The notes below the pieces were generated by a model, which was not told the DNA's origin, searched no databases, and was given only the letters and a program-made list of their open reading frames with translations. Positions 1 to 9,601 of a DNA stretch of 64,000 nt are shown here, piece by piece (within the stretch, counting starts at the first letter, position 1; each line of letters starts with the position of its first letter). The stretch is taken from sequence record SRR31156797_707, one strand, 5' to 3'. A program made the translations under genes and the position numbers.

Positions 1-191
1 GTGATCATCTCTTCGTTGTTGGAATATGTAAGTTCAACTTTTATTCCTGTCTGCTTTTCAAACTTCTCAACAAGTGCCTTAGGTGCATAGCCTTCCCATG
101 TCAGAATCTTAAGCGTGCCCTGTGCAAAAAGATTAGCTGAGGTAACAGAAAGCATAAATACAGATAAAACTAATAGCTTAACAATTTTCAT
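1..191 (-). CDS. ABC transporter substrate-binding protein, PotD/PotF family (5' part, runs off window)
   Basis: Own translation from ATG at 191: MKIVKLLVLSVFMLSVTSANLFAQGTLKILTWEGYAPKALVEKFEKQTGIKVELTYSNNEEMI; signal peptide plus WxGY...FEKxTGIKV...SNEEM motif; AGGAG RBS upstream. Confidence 0.8.
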   Translation of the reverse strand, partial: MKIVKLLVLSVFMLSVTSANLFAQGTLKILTWEGYAPKALVEKFEKQTGIKVELTYSNNEEMI

Positions 192-497
192 CCCTTACTC
201 CTTTGTCATAATAATGTTATTAAGATTTAACCAGAACTTTCCGTTTCACATCTGGCTAGCAGACCTGCAAATGATTGCAAATATTATGAAACTGATGCCT
301 GCAACTGTGGAAATAAACCTAAATCTTAATAGCTTCGAATTCTAATGATACAATTAAAATGAAAAGGAATTTATATATACCTGTAAAATTTATGTAGTAA
401 GAATTTTATTAACATAAAAAGACTGACGAAAAGAATACTCTATCATAATTAAAAAAAAGACCAGCCCGCAAGTGACTGATCTTATAATAGAAAGAAA

Positions 498-569
498 TAG
501 AAACGGGCGGTTTCGAACCGCCGACCCCTTCCACGTCAAGGAAGTGCTCTCCCGCTGAGCTACGCTTCT
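498..569 (-). tRNA. tRNA-Val(GAC), CCA not encoded
   Basis: Reverse complement AGAAGCGTAGCTCAGCGGGAGAGCACTTCCTTGACGTGGAAGGGGTCGGCGGTTCGAAACCGCCCGTTTCTA folds as a cloverleaf; anticodon loop TT-GAC-GT; GTTCGAA T-loop. Confidence 0.95.
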
Positions 570-657
570 ATAAAGTAAAGAGATAATAGCGACCAAATGG
601 ATGTTAATCAAGAATTATTTTGCATACATTTTACATCTAATATGGTAAATTTATTGT

Positions 658-1065
658 ATGAGTGGTTTTGTTTCTTTCAAAAAAATACAACTTAAAGTCC
701 TCATTGTCGAAGATGATCATATAACCAGAACGTCTCTGGCACAGCTTTTAGACAGCCACTTTCAGGAAACTTACTACGCTGATGATGGTCAGACTGGACT
801 TGAAAAATATGCGCAACATAAGCCTGACGTAATTTTCACAGATATTATGATGCCAAATATGAACGGTGTTGAGATGCTCCACAGAATCAAAGAGCAGAGC
901 GGCAGAATGCCTACATGTATCATATTTTCTGCACTCGATGAAACAGATGATGAAAACAGTCTGGCGGGATTAAAAATATATCATACTATGAAAAAACCGT
1001 TTAATTTCAATGAACTGGAATCACTCGTTGCAGAAATCTCAAAATACCACAACCTAAGCCAATGA
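658..1065 (+). CDS. single-domain response regulator (receiver)
   Basis: VLIVEDD, D-I-M-M-P-x-M-N-G phosphoacceptor motif, KKPF. Confidence 0.9.
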   Translation: MSGFVSFKKIQLKVLIVEDDHITRTSLAQLLDSHFQETYYADDGQTGLEKYAQHKPDVIFTDIMMPNMNGVEMLHRIKEQSGRMPTCIIFSALDETDDENSLAGLKIYHTMKKPFNFNELESLVAEISKYHNLSQ

Positions 1066-1679
1066 TAAAAAACTCCGCATTTATAAACAATACAGACAGA
1101 TACGACCACTGGTTTGACAAAAACTCTATCGCATACGCCTCCGAGCTAAGGGCTTTCGAAAAGCTTAATATTTCAGGAAAATCTATTGAGATAGGTGTTG
1201 GCACTGGTAAGTTCGCAAAACCTCTCGGAATCACAATGGGAGTTGAGCCTACAGTGGAGATGCACAAGCGGGCAACAGGGGTAGACATCATCGAAGGAGT
1301 GGCAGAAAACCTCCCTCTTCTTTCAGAGGCTTTTGACTGGGTTATGATGGTTACAACTATATGCTTTGTAAATGATCATAAAAAAGCTATGTCTGAGATG
1401 CACAGAATTCTTAGAAAAGGCGGTAAGTGCGCAATCGGACTAGTGGATAAAGATACGGAACTTGGCGCAATATATCTGGCGAAAAAAGATAAAAGCGAAT
1501 TCTATAAAGAAGCTACATTTTTCAGCTCAGCGGAAGTCATAAGCTGTATGACCAGTGCGGGCTTTCAAAACATAGGCGCATATCAAACGCTGACATCCAT
1601 GAGCATAACCCACCCTGAAGAACCTCAGGACGGGCACGGAACAGGTGGATTTGTTGTAATTTACGGGGAAAAACTCTAG
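1062..1679 (+). CDS. class I SAM-dependent methyltransferase
   Basis: EIGVGTG SAM motif, AENLP, FD-x-V; ATGA overlap with upstream gene. Confidence 0.88.
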   Translation: MIKNSAFINNTDRYDHWFDKNSIAYASELRAFEKLNISGKSIEIGVGTGKFAKPLGITMGVEPTVEMHKRATGVDIIEGVAENLPLLSEAFDWVMMVTTICFVNDHKKAMSEMHRILRKGGKCAIGLVDKDTELGAIYLAKKDKSEFYKEATFFSSAEVISCMTSAGFQNIGAYQTLTSMSITHPEEPQDGHGTGGFVVIYGEKL

Positions 1680-2368
1680 CCCCAGCTAAGTTTACCACCG
1701 TTAAAACCAACAACAGCCAGCACAGGAATATTAGCAAATATCATAAAGTTATAAAAAATACTCATCCCACCACTACCATAGGCTACATCAGGGACATTAT
1801 ACCTGATGATAAGCTCAACGATCCCCATAAAGAGCAGGACAAAAGAGAAAACTATCTTATACATAAATATTTTATTAACTGTCAGCTCATAGTTAACCCA
1901 CCAGCTGACCATACCGGAAGCTATGGTAGGAAACATAAAAACCACTGCAACAACAAGCGCATACACAGATGCCAGCTCGAAAGAGCTCTTCTTAGTGTAA
2001 AGGAGCATCATCTGCATAATCACTACAAAACCTAAAAGTCCCATAGGGAAATGAATAAGCATCGGGTGTGGGTGAAAGAGCCTGTAAAGCTTTTTGATAA
2101 GTGCCTTTTTACCTTTCTCTTTCTTAACACGAAAACCTTCTATTTTATCAATCTGTTCAAACCGATCAAACACTTCCATACCGTGCGGAGCAGCATCCAT
2201 CGCTTCAGTAAGATCCATACCGGCCTCATGCCTGTTTACATGCTTACCATTCTTCCATAGCCTACTGCCGGAAACGTCATAAACCTGTCCCTTATAAGAG
2301 ACATAAGCCTTCTCGCCTTCTTTACCGTGAAATTTTTGCAGATCATCCTTTTTCACAAAATACTCCAT
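1676..2368 (-). CDS. cytochrome b5-like heme/steroid-binding domain fused to DUF2231-type membrane domain
   Basis: YxGxVYDVS...W-x-x-G-x-H...H-x-AG-x-DLT...APHG; then HPMLIHFP and about 4 TM helices. Confidence 0.8.
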   Translation of the reverse strand: MEYFVKKDDLQKFHGKEGEKAYVSYKGQVYDVSGSRLWKNGKHVNRHEAGMDLTEAMDAAPHGMEVFDRFEQIDKIEGFRVKKEKGKKALIKKLYRLFHPHPMLIHFPMGLLGFVVIMQMMLLYTKKSSFELASVYALVVAVVFMFPTIASGMVSWWVNYELTVNKIFMYKIVFSFVLLFMGIVELIIRYNVPDVAYGSGGMSIFYNFMIFANIPVLAVVGFNGGKLSWG

Positions 2369-2417
2369 ATGAGAACATTATTATTTATATTAACAGAAAA
2401 TTGGCGATAATACAGTT

Positions 2418-3194
2418 ATGTTATATTTAAGACTAATAATATTATCTCTTTTTGCTCTAGTTTTAGTGTCATGTTCATCGAAAGGATATAATGAGTCAGC
2501 TTCATACTCTGCTGCTAAAAAATATTCTGTAAAGTCGAAAAGATCTCTTTCGTCAATGCAATACACCATTCAGGCTGGTGCATTCAGAAGCCTATCCAAT
2601 GCTGTAAGGCTTGAAGCGAAGCTTGACAGAGACGGTTTAGAGGCTTACTACTTCCTCCATAAGGACGGACTTTACAAGGTTCGCTTCGGAAATTTCCGTT
2701 CGAAAAGCTCCGCACTAAAAACTGCGCAAAGGTTCAAGTCGAAAGGTTATATTGACGCTTACTATATAGTTGCGCCAAACCAGTATTTCGCTGCCAGACC
2801 AGAGTTTAAAACAAATGTCACAGGTCTCAGAGCTGAGATAGTCAGAACAGCTAAAAGCTATATAGGCACACCTTACAGATGGGGCGGAACAACAAAGCGT
2901 GGTTTCGACTGCAGCGGACTGACCATGGTTACTTACAGGGTAAACGGGCTTAACCTCCCACGTGTTTCCCGCTCACAATATAAGTCTGGTTCATTCGTTT
3001 CAAAGTCTAAGATGGAAGCTGGCGACCTCGTATTCTTCGCAACTGGCGGAGGGAAAAGAGTTTCCCATGTCGGTTTATACATAGGCTCTAACAGATTTAT
3101 CCACGCACCAAGCCGAGGCAAGAAAGTTCGTATAGACTCAATGTCAAACTCTTACTACAGAAGAACTTTCGTAGGTGCTAGAAGCTACATCTGA
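2418..3194 (+). CDS. SPOR-domain plus NlpC/P60 peptidoglycan hydrolase lipoprotein
   Basis: Lipobox [16 protein letters not shown] motif; GTPYRWGG...GFDCSG, HVGLY, FIHA catalytic motifs. Confidence 0.92.
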   Translation: MLYLRLIILSLFALVLVSCSSKGYNESASYSAAKKYSVKSKRSLSSMQYTIQAGAFRSLSNAVRLEAKLDRDGLEAYYFLHKDGLYKVRFGNFRSKSSALKTAQRFKSKGYIDAYYIVAPNQYFAARPEFKTNVTGLRAEIVRTAKSYIGTPYRWGGTTKRGFDCSGLTMVTYRVNGLNLPRVSRSQYKSGSFVSKSKMEAGDLVFFATGGGKRVSHVGLYIGSNRFIHAPSRGKKVRIDSMSNSYYRRTFVGARSYI

Positions 3195-3239
3195 TTTATC
3201 TTAAGTAATCTCTAAACCTGACGATATGTGATAATACTT

Positions 3240-3896
3240 ATGATAGAAGCTATTATGACCGGAATGACCGGAAGAATATCAAATCTGCATAGGGTCGAAC
3301 CTGTTCGCTCTGTTAAACAGGAAGAATCAGAACAGGATCAGGCACCCCAATCTCTGGACAAGGTAAGCTTGTCTTCAGAGGCCGTCGAGCTGTATAATAC
3401 CCAATCCGTCAATAATGTATCAGACTCTGAGAACTATACAGAGGATGATAACAACCCTGCTGCACTGTCCGAAGATGAACAAACGGAAGTGACTGAGCTC
3501 AAACGTAGAGATCAGGAAGTCCGCCAGCATGAGCAAGCGCACAAGTCTGCGGGTGGTCAATACGCTTCAGCTGCTACTTATGAATACACCAGTGGTCCTG
3601 ATAACAAGCGTTACGCTACTGGCGGTGAGGTTCAGATAGACACCAGCGAGGAATCCACACCTGAAGAGACTATCGAAAAAGCTAAGACGATCAAAAGGAG
3701 TGCTAACGCTCCGGCTGAACCGTCATCACAAGATAGAAAAGTTACCGCACAGGCATCACAGATGGAGCAGAAAGCTCAAGCTGAATTACGTCAGCAGGAT
3801 ATACCTCAGACTAATAAGCCATCAAATTACGGCATTCAGGCGTATATGCAGGCAACTGCACCAACAGCCGGCTCAATGCTGAACATCTCTTTATAA
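3240..3896 (+). CDS. SprA-related family protein (putative metalloprotease CJM1_0395-like)
   Basis: LKRRDQEVRQHEQAH, GPDNKRYATGGEV, APAEPSSQD motifs; exact start uncertain (3228/3240/3255). Confidence 0.8.
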   Translation: MIEAIMTGMTGRISNLHRVEPVRSVKQEESEQDQAPQSLDKVSLSSEAVELYNTQSVNNVSDSENYTEDDNNPAALSEDEQTEVTELKRRDQEVRQHEQAHKSAGGQYASAATYEYTSGPDNKRYATGGEVQIDTSEESTPEETIEKAKTIKRSANAPAEPSSQDRKVTAQASQMEQKAQAELRQQDIPQTNKPSNYGIQAYMQATAPTAGSMLNISL

Positions 3897-4832
3897 TAGA
3901 ATCATCTGAAAAATTGATATCCACAGAGGCATAGTGAATATGCTGAGAAGTGTCGTTGCGATTATAACCGGAACTGACGCCTGAGCATCCGCATTAAAAT
4001 ATTTCACAATCACAACAGTGCTCATCCCCGCAGGCATAGACGCCTGAATAGCTGTAATCATCTTCACCTCTCTTGCTATAGGGAGGAGTGAAACTATGCA
4101 GACAACCACAGCAGGGATAATAAACATCCTTAAGGCGACCGAACCGCGCATTATCTTGCGTCCGTCCTTATTGCTGAAAAGTCCCATATTATCCGCAAGT
4201 GTGGCACCGCTTATAAACAGCCCGGCAGGGATCGCTATCTGAGTTATTATAGATGTGATGGACTTAAGCAGAGGAGGCATAGGGGCACCGCCGGAGATGA
4301 AATTTACCGTGAGTGCTATTATAATAGCCATGATCGGAGGATTCTTAAGCAGCCTTACAGGGTTGTATATACCGCTTCCGGTGAGAAGCCCCACCCCAAC
4401 AGACCATACAGCAATATCATTACCCAAGTTATGCACCAGAAGTACACCAACTATATCTTCACCGTAAAGGGCAAATGTTAGAGGTATAGAAAAGAAAGCG
4501 TAATTGTACATCCCCACTGTAAAAGCGAATGAACGGATCGACTCAATCTTTTTTACACCGATGAAACCAGCGGAGAAGTAGCCTATTATAAACCCGATTA
4601 TTATGCTGAAAAAGCCCACAATCGGAGCCGAAGCTATCCTTGTAAAATTATCCATCACAGGGTTTCCTATGATAAAATTAAAGGCGAGTGCAGGAACCAT
4701 AACATTGATAAGCATAAACTGGAGATACTTCTCCGGTCTGCCTTTGCTGATACCTATTCTGTTGCTTACTATACCTATCAGAGCATAGCCCATGTAGGGG
4801 AGTAGAGTTAGGAGTATATTAAAATAATTCAT
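3891..4832 (-). CDS. AEC family transporter (auxin efflux carrier / malate permease-like)
   Basis: About 10 hydrophobic helices; N-Y-A-F-x-x-I-P, NPP, MPAG, TTLLS motifs. Confidence 0.85.
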   Translation of the reverse strand: MNYFNILLTLLPYMGYALIGIVSNRIGISKGRPEKYLQFMLINVMVPALAFNFIIGNPVMDNFTRIASAPIVGFFSIIIGFIIGYFSAGFIGVKKIESIRSFAFTVGMYNYAFFSIPLTFALYGEDIVGVLLVHNLGNDIAVWSVGVGLLTGSGIYNPVRLLKNPPIMAIIIALTVNFISGGAPMPPLLKSITSIITQIAIPAGLFISGATLADNMGLFSNKDGRKIMRGSVALRMFIIPAVVVCIVSLLPIAREVKMITAIQASMPAGMSTVVIVKYFNADAQASVPVIIATTLLSIFTMPLWISIFQMILL

Positions 4833-5611
4833 TAATCGTCGTTATCTCTGATGCTGAAATCAGATTTGTCGTCGTCTTTCTCTATCGGTGATAGCATATC
4901 AAGAAGGCTCATCACTTTATTTTTATCAAGATCAAGAACAGCATCAAGTGCCTTAACCGCAACCATCTCCTGCCTGACAGAGTTATTAAGCTCGATGATG
5001 TCCTCTGTGAGAGAACCGTTCACAGCCGCATTAGCCTCTGCAAGATTGACATTAGCGTTCATAAGGTTATCAATGCGCGCCTCAAGGGTAGACATAGCTC
5101 CGCCTGTCTCAACTGTTTTCCTGTTGATTACATTAAGGGCGTTATCTATAGAGGAGATAGTCATATCAGAGTTAAAATCAAAACCTTCAAGCCCAAGAGC
5201 CTCAAGACCTGTATCTGCTATGAGTGAATGAGAGTTAAAACTAGATGTTTTAGCCATAGAATCTATGTCTGACATAAGAGCGTTCGCCTGAGAGGTTATA
5301 AGCTCTTTATCAGAGCCAGCGAGTGTCGGATTGCCCATGCTTACCGCCAAACCTCTAAGCTGATGTAACATACTTGTGACAGATTGCAGAGCACCGTCTC
5401 TCGTCTGCATATAGCTCATAGCGTCCTGAGCGTTTCGTGCGTTGAGATAGTTCTCATTATAGGCACTGTTCAGCCTTACTGTGACATTTCCGTCAACGAC
5501 ATTGTCCGGCTGACCGGCTAGTCCGTCTGTCACCTTATCTAAGGCACTGGCTGTCTTTTTCGATGCCCTATCCACATTAGCGGCAAGGGCTGAGGTTACT
5601 TTATCTATCAT
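4832..5611 (-). CDS. divergent flagellin-like protein
   Basis: RNAQDAMSYMQTRDGAL...L-x-x-LR-x-LAV...FN (flagellin N domain); IDNALNVI...G-x-x-x-S-x-LE (flagellin C domain). Confidence 0.7.
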   Translation of the reverse strand: MIDKVTSALAANVDRASKKTASALDKVTDGLAGQPDNVVDGNVTVRLNSAYNENYLNARNAQDAMSYMQTRDGALQSVTSMLHQLRGLAVSMGNPTLAGSDKELITSQANALMSDIDSMAKTSSFNSHSLIADTGLEALGLEGFDFNSDMTISSIDNALNVINRKTVETGGAMSTLEARIDNLMNANVNLAEANAAVNGSLTEDIIELNNSVRQEMVAVKALDAVLDLDKNKVMSLLDMLSPIEKDDDKSDFSIRDNDD

Positions 5612-5614
5612 CCA

Positions 5615-6580
5615 TTAGTCCATCGTCTTTATATAAAGAGTTCTGTCTGTTGTGTTACCGCCATTATCTGTTATCTGTATTTTAACACGATATGAGGAAT
5701 TTCCTAAGCCTGTATTATTTGATCTCACCCTGAGGAACTCACCATTCTGGCTTCCACCCCCGACAGTAAGGGCTGTCGCACTGCCATTCCTAACAAACTG
5801 TACCGTAACATTACTATCAAGACCTCCGTCTTCTGTAAGTTCAAAATAGTATTCCTCTACAGTGGATGCTCCTGCCTGAGGGAACGGCACTCCGCCTTCA
5901 GGGAAAAGATTAAAAGAGAAATCGTCACCCGATTCAATCACAGGTATATCGGCATCTTTTATAGTGAGCCTTTCGGCATCACAGCCGGCCTTGCTTCTCA
6001 GTTCGGAGAGTGTTGTCCAGTCTACGATATCATCATAATCTGTTGCATTAGTGCCGTCGCCAGCAAATACATCAAAAGCAGATCCTTGTTCGTATACATC
6101 CACTACGTTAGCAACAGTATTAGTCTGAATATTTCTGTCTTCATACCCGCTGACTATTACAAAAGCTATATTTGGAACAGATGTAAAAGAGCTACAGTCG
6201 GTATTAGTGCATATATTAAGCTGCAATGTCGTGCTTTTTGTTCCGCAAACCGGTCTGAAATCAAGCTCATCATTCAGCTCTGTATACTTTATCTCATCAG
6301 CGAGATAAACTTGGAAATCTCTATCAAAAACATCTAACGGGTATGAAAGGCTGACATTAGCTGACTTTATACCAACATCTGTGTCCTGTAAATATCCATC
6401 CTCAGCGGCAATGCTTATAAGGGCATCCTTATTAGACTGAATTCTCTCTCTGGAGCGTTCCGACTTACCCATATTAACGAACATGCTGACTATTCCGGAT
6501 GCCGATGAGAGTATCAGCCCGAAGATAACCAGAACAATTGCCATTTCCAGTAGAGAAAAGCCCTTTTTATTCGTTAGCAT
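5615..6580 (-). CDS. prepilin-type N-terminal cleavage/methylation domain protein
   Basis: KKGFSLLEMAIVLVIFGLI class III signal peptide. Confidence 0.85.
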   Translation of the reverse strand: MLTNKKGFSLLEMAIVLVIFGLILSSASGIVSMFVNMGKSERSRERIQSNKDALISIAAEDGYLQDTDVGIKSANVSLSYPLDVFDRDFQVYLADEIKYTELNDELDFRPVCGTKSTTLQLNICTNTDCSSFTSVPNIAFVIVSGYEDRNIQTNTVANVVDVYEQGSAFDVFAGDGTNATDYDDIVDWTTLSELRSKAGCDAERLTIKDADIPVIESGDDFSFNLFPEGGVPFPQAGASTVEEYYFELTEDGGLDSNVTVQFVRNGSATALTVGGGSQNGEFLRVRSNNTGLGNSSYRVKIQITDNGGNTTDRTLYIKTMD

Positions 6581-6683
6581 TGTAAATCTTACTATATTTC
6601 TCCCTTATAAAAAAGTGCAAAACTATGTATATTGATATAGTAAGTTTATTTAATTATTACATATATCAAATGTTGGTAAGTAT

Positions 6684-8744
6684 ATGCATAGAAAAGGCTT
6701 TACACTTGTTGAGCTCGCTATTGTACTTCTGGTAGCGGGGTTCCTTATCGGCGGCGGATTGACTGCTACAAACTCGTGGCTTAACTCCACCAGATACTCA
6801 AGTGTAAAAATAAATGTTGAAGCCGCAATAAAAGCTGTTGCTGAGTATTCAGGAAGAGCCCAGATGATACCTGCAACCGGTAATTTAGGCACAGCAGTTA
6901 CAAAAACTAAAGACAGCCATGGAAATGCATTTCACTATCAGTCCGCAACAGCTCTTAGCTCTGCCTATGGAGCGATATGCAATACTGACAAAACCACCCT
7001 TACAGTAAGAGAGTGTGACGATGCCACGTGCTCTTCGAGTACCGATCGTACTAACATAGCTTATTTCATCTCAAGCAACTCTATAAACGAAACAAGAGAG
7101 ATAACACTTACCTCCACCACAGAAATACGCATCTATAACGACACAATAATCAACGGATACGACGATGTCACCGGATGGGTGACCCTGGATGCACTTAAGA
7201 AATATGCAGGATGCGAAGAACTGACTATGGAGATAGCTGAAAGAAAACTCCCTCCTCTATATTATTTTTACGACAAAGGGGACAGCACTAATTTTTATGA
7301 CGGCTTTGATTTTGATCTGCACCCTATTGGCGGTATATCATCCTATCAATGGTGTGTTGAGTCGAGTAACGAAAACGTAAGGAGTTACTTAAAATATGGG
7401 GCTAATAACCTGGCTGAAGACTGCACAAATAGCTATATAAACGCCAATTCAGGAGGCGACATCAAAATTAATGCAGCGGATGCTGAATTAGATGACACCG
7501 ACAAATTACCTATTTCATCAAAATTAACTGTTTACCTTAAAGACAGTAATGGAAATATAGTGGCCAGAGACTACCTGCTTGTTGTTAAAGAGGCACACTC
7601 CTTAGGCTATACACTTTCTGAGCCATCCACTGTAATAATCCCTCCTGTTACTGGCGGAAGTGTTGATAACGTGACAGTATTCATGAACAACCCTACAGGA
7701 AGCGGAACAGGTAACTCGGATTATCTGACGATAGACTCTGATGATGATGGCGTATATGATGGCATAAAAATACTTCAGAGTGCTGACACTGATGCCATCT
7801 CAGCATTTTACGGATGCGAATCAGCGGAGAACTCCACCCCTTGCCCTGAATTTGGCAACAAAGGGATACTCACCGCCTATTTCACTGCTGAATTTTATCA
7901 TAAAACATCTCACTGGCGTACACCACAAGGTTTCACATTTGCAGTGCTAAGAAGCGTATACGAAGATAAAAATAGTACAACATACTCTACTGAAAGTGCA
8001 GTTGGAGATTCTAACTCAGGGCTGGGCTACGGTGGCTATGATGGTGATCATTACGAAAATGGTATCACTGGCGGCAACAGCTTCGCTGTAGAGTTTGATG
8101 TATACCAAAACACTACACAAGAAGACCCAGATGATGACCACATAAGCATATTGTCGTATGTAAATATTAATGATTACAATGGGTCATGGGTAAATGGTTC
8201 GCAAGTAGGTTATACTTATTCCACTTACGGGAACAACATCCACACATCAACAGGTGACGGCACAGGCTGGACAACCACCTTCAACGATACATGTACAACA
8301 ACCAGAGGGGACGGCTGTTACTACAGCACAACTGAAGATGTAATACCTAATACACATGACGACTCTGACAACCTTTTTGGTGTGAGGATAGAAGCTATTT
8401 CAGGGTGTAACTCTGACGGCTCAGTATGCAATAAGCAAACCGGAGCTGACAACCATATCTGTGTTTACATGTGGAAAGAGATGAAAACAGCCATGGACGC
8501 AGACACAACCCTTGATTCAGACATGAGGAACGTTACCACAAGCCACATTTATAATAATATCACCTTAAACACAACAATACCTCTCGGTACACCGCTGGTA
8601 AAAGACTGCATTGTCGACGACACCACCACCCGCAACCATTTGGATAAGATACGCTTCGGTTTTACATCCGGCGCAGGACATACAGGTCAAAATCAATTCT
8701 ACTTCGAGCTCACAAATTTAAGTGTTAACGTAGGTGCTTACTAA
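6684..8744 (+). CDS. large prepilin-type protein with C-terminal L-type (legume) lectin-like domain
   Basis: RKGFTLVELAIVLLV signal; GFTFAV, SFAVEFDVYQN, DHISI, FGFTSGAG lectin-type motifs. Confidence 0.75.
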   Translation: MHRKGFTLVELAIVLLVAGFLIGGGLTATNSWLNSTRYSSVKINVEAAIKAVAEYSGRAQMIPATGNLGTAVTKTKDSHGNAFHYQSATALSSAYGAICNTDKTTLTVRECDDATCSSSTDRTNIAYFISSNSINETREITLTSTTEIRIYNDTIINGYDDVTGWVTLDALKKYAGCEELTMEIAERKLPPLYYFYDKGDSTNFYDGFDFDLHPIGGISSYQWCVESSNENVRSYLKYGANNLAEDCTNSYINANSGGDIKINAADAELDDTDKLPISSKLTVYLKDSNGNIVARDYLLVVKEAHSLGYTLSEPSTVIIPPVTGGSVDNVTVFMNNPTGSGTGNSDYLTIDSDDDGVYDGIKILQSADTDAISAFYGCESAENSTPCPEFGNKGILTAYFTAEFYHKTSHWRTPQGFTFAVLRSVYEDKNSTTYSTESAVGDSNSGLGYGGYDGDHYENGITGGNSFAVEFDVYQNTTQEDPDDDHISILSYVNINDYNGSWVNGSQVGYTYSTYGNNIHTSTGDGTGWTTTFNDTCTTTRGDGCYYSTTEDVIPNTHDDSDNLFGVRIEAISGCNSDGSVCNKQTGADNHICVYMWKEMKTAMDADTTLDSDMRNVTTSHIYNNITLNTTIPLGTPLVKDCIVDDTTTRNHLDKIRFGFTSGAGHTGQNQFYFELTNLSVNVGAY

Positions 8745-9601
8745 GCCTCTGTCTGCTCTTCCGGAGCTTCTTCAACAGGTGCTGGCTCTTCAGCCTTAGT
8801 CTCTGTAGCCTCTTCCTCAACAGGCTTCATAGTAACCTTACGAGCTTTTACAAGGAAGGCAGAGTGATTATACGTCCACATCTCAGGGCGAACAGAACGA
8901 CCATCAATCTTCCACGGGCGCTTAGTGAACTCAAAAGTCTCTATCTCTTCGAAAATGCCGGATTCTTTCAGATGCTCAACAAACTGTACTGCCTGAAGGA
9001 TAGTAGGAAGGTAGCCAACAATTATACCACCATCACGAAGCCCTTCAGGACAGTGTTTAATCACGTGCCAAGGCTCAGGCAGGTCTAGCATTATTCTGTC
9101 AAAAGTTCCGTCTATACCTTCGTATACACTTCTGATCTCTATGCTGTGATTATCCGCATCGCCATGAAATTCCTGAATAAAGCCAGCAGCATCCGCAGCA
9201 AATTCTTCTCTGATCTCATAGCTGACAAGCTCGCCTTTTCCGCCCATAGTGTTCAGGATCGCTATCGATAGTGCTCCCTGCCCTATACCGGACTCAAGAA
9301 CTCTCTGACCGCCCCTGATGTCACCCCACATAAGCATAGCCGCACTGTCTTTCGGGTAAATAATCTGAGCTCTGCGCTTGATATTCATCACATAATCGCC
9401 GTATGTAGGATAGAAAAACCTATATCCAGGTCCTTTGGATGCGTTTATATAACATCCGTCGCCGCCTTCGACGATATCGCTATGGTCAACATAGCCGTAC
9501 ATAGCGGTGAACCTGTTACCCTCTTTTAACCTGAGGAGGTGCCTCTTCCCTTTTATCTCATCTACTGCGATACATAGTGATCCGTATTCTAATTTGCTCA
9601 T
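8741..9601 (-). CDS. trmI: tRNA (adenine(58)-N1)-methyltransferase
   Basis: RRAQIIYPKD, ESG-x-G-x-GAL, SYEIRE, DLPEPW, VRP motifs; start moved to MSKLEY (9601), overlapping the ttuA stop. Confidence 0.9.
   Translation of the reverse strand: MSKLEYGSLCIAVDEIKGKRHLLRLKEGNRFTAMYGYVDHSDIVEGGDGCYINASKGPGYRFFYPTYGDYVMNIKRRAQIIYPKDSAAMLMWGDIRGGQRVLESGIGQGALSIAILNTMGGKGELVSYEIREEFAADAAGFIQEFHGDADNHSIEIRSVYEGIDGTFDRIMLDLPEPWHVIKHCPEGLRDGGIIVGYLPTILQAVQFVEHLKESGIFEEIETFEFTKRPWKIDGRSVRPEMWTYNHSAFLVKARKVTMKPVEEEATETKAEEPAPVEEAPEEQTEA

Noticed and set aside
265-281. sigma54 promoter upstream of the PotD-like gene
   Set aside because: Has TTGCA but lacks the GG at -24.
115-345. 76-aa plus-strand ORF
   Set aside because: Antisense to the PotD-like gene start and its promoter region.
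498-569. tRNA as integration site of a genomic island
   Set aside because: No integrase and no duplicated tRNA 3' end seen in the window.
390-611. 73-aa minus-strand ORF
   Set aside because: Overlaps tRNA-Val on the same strand; spurious translation.
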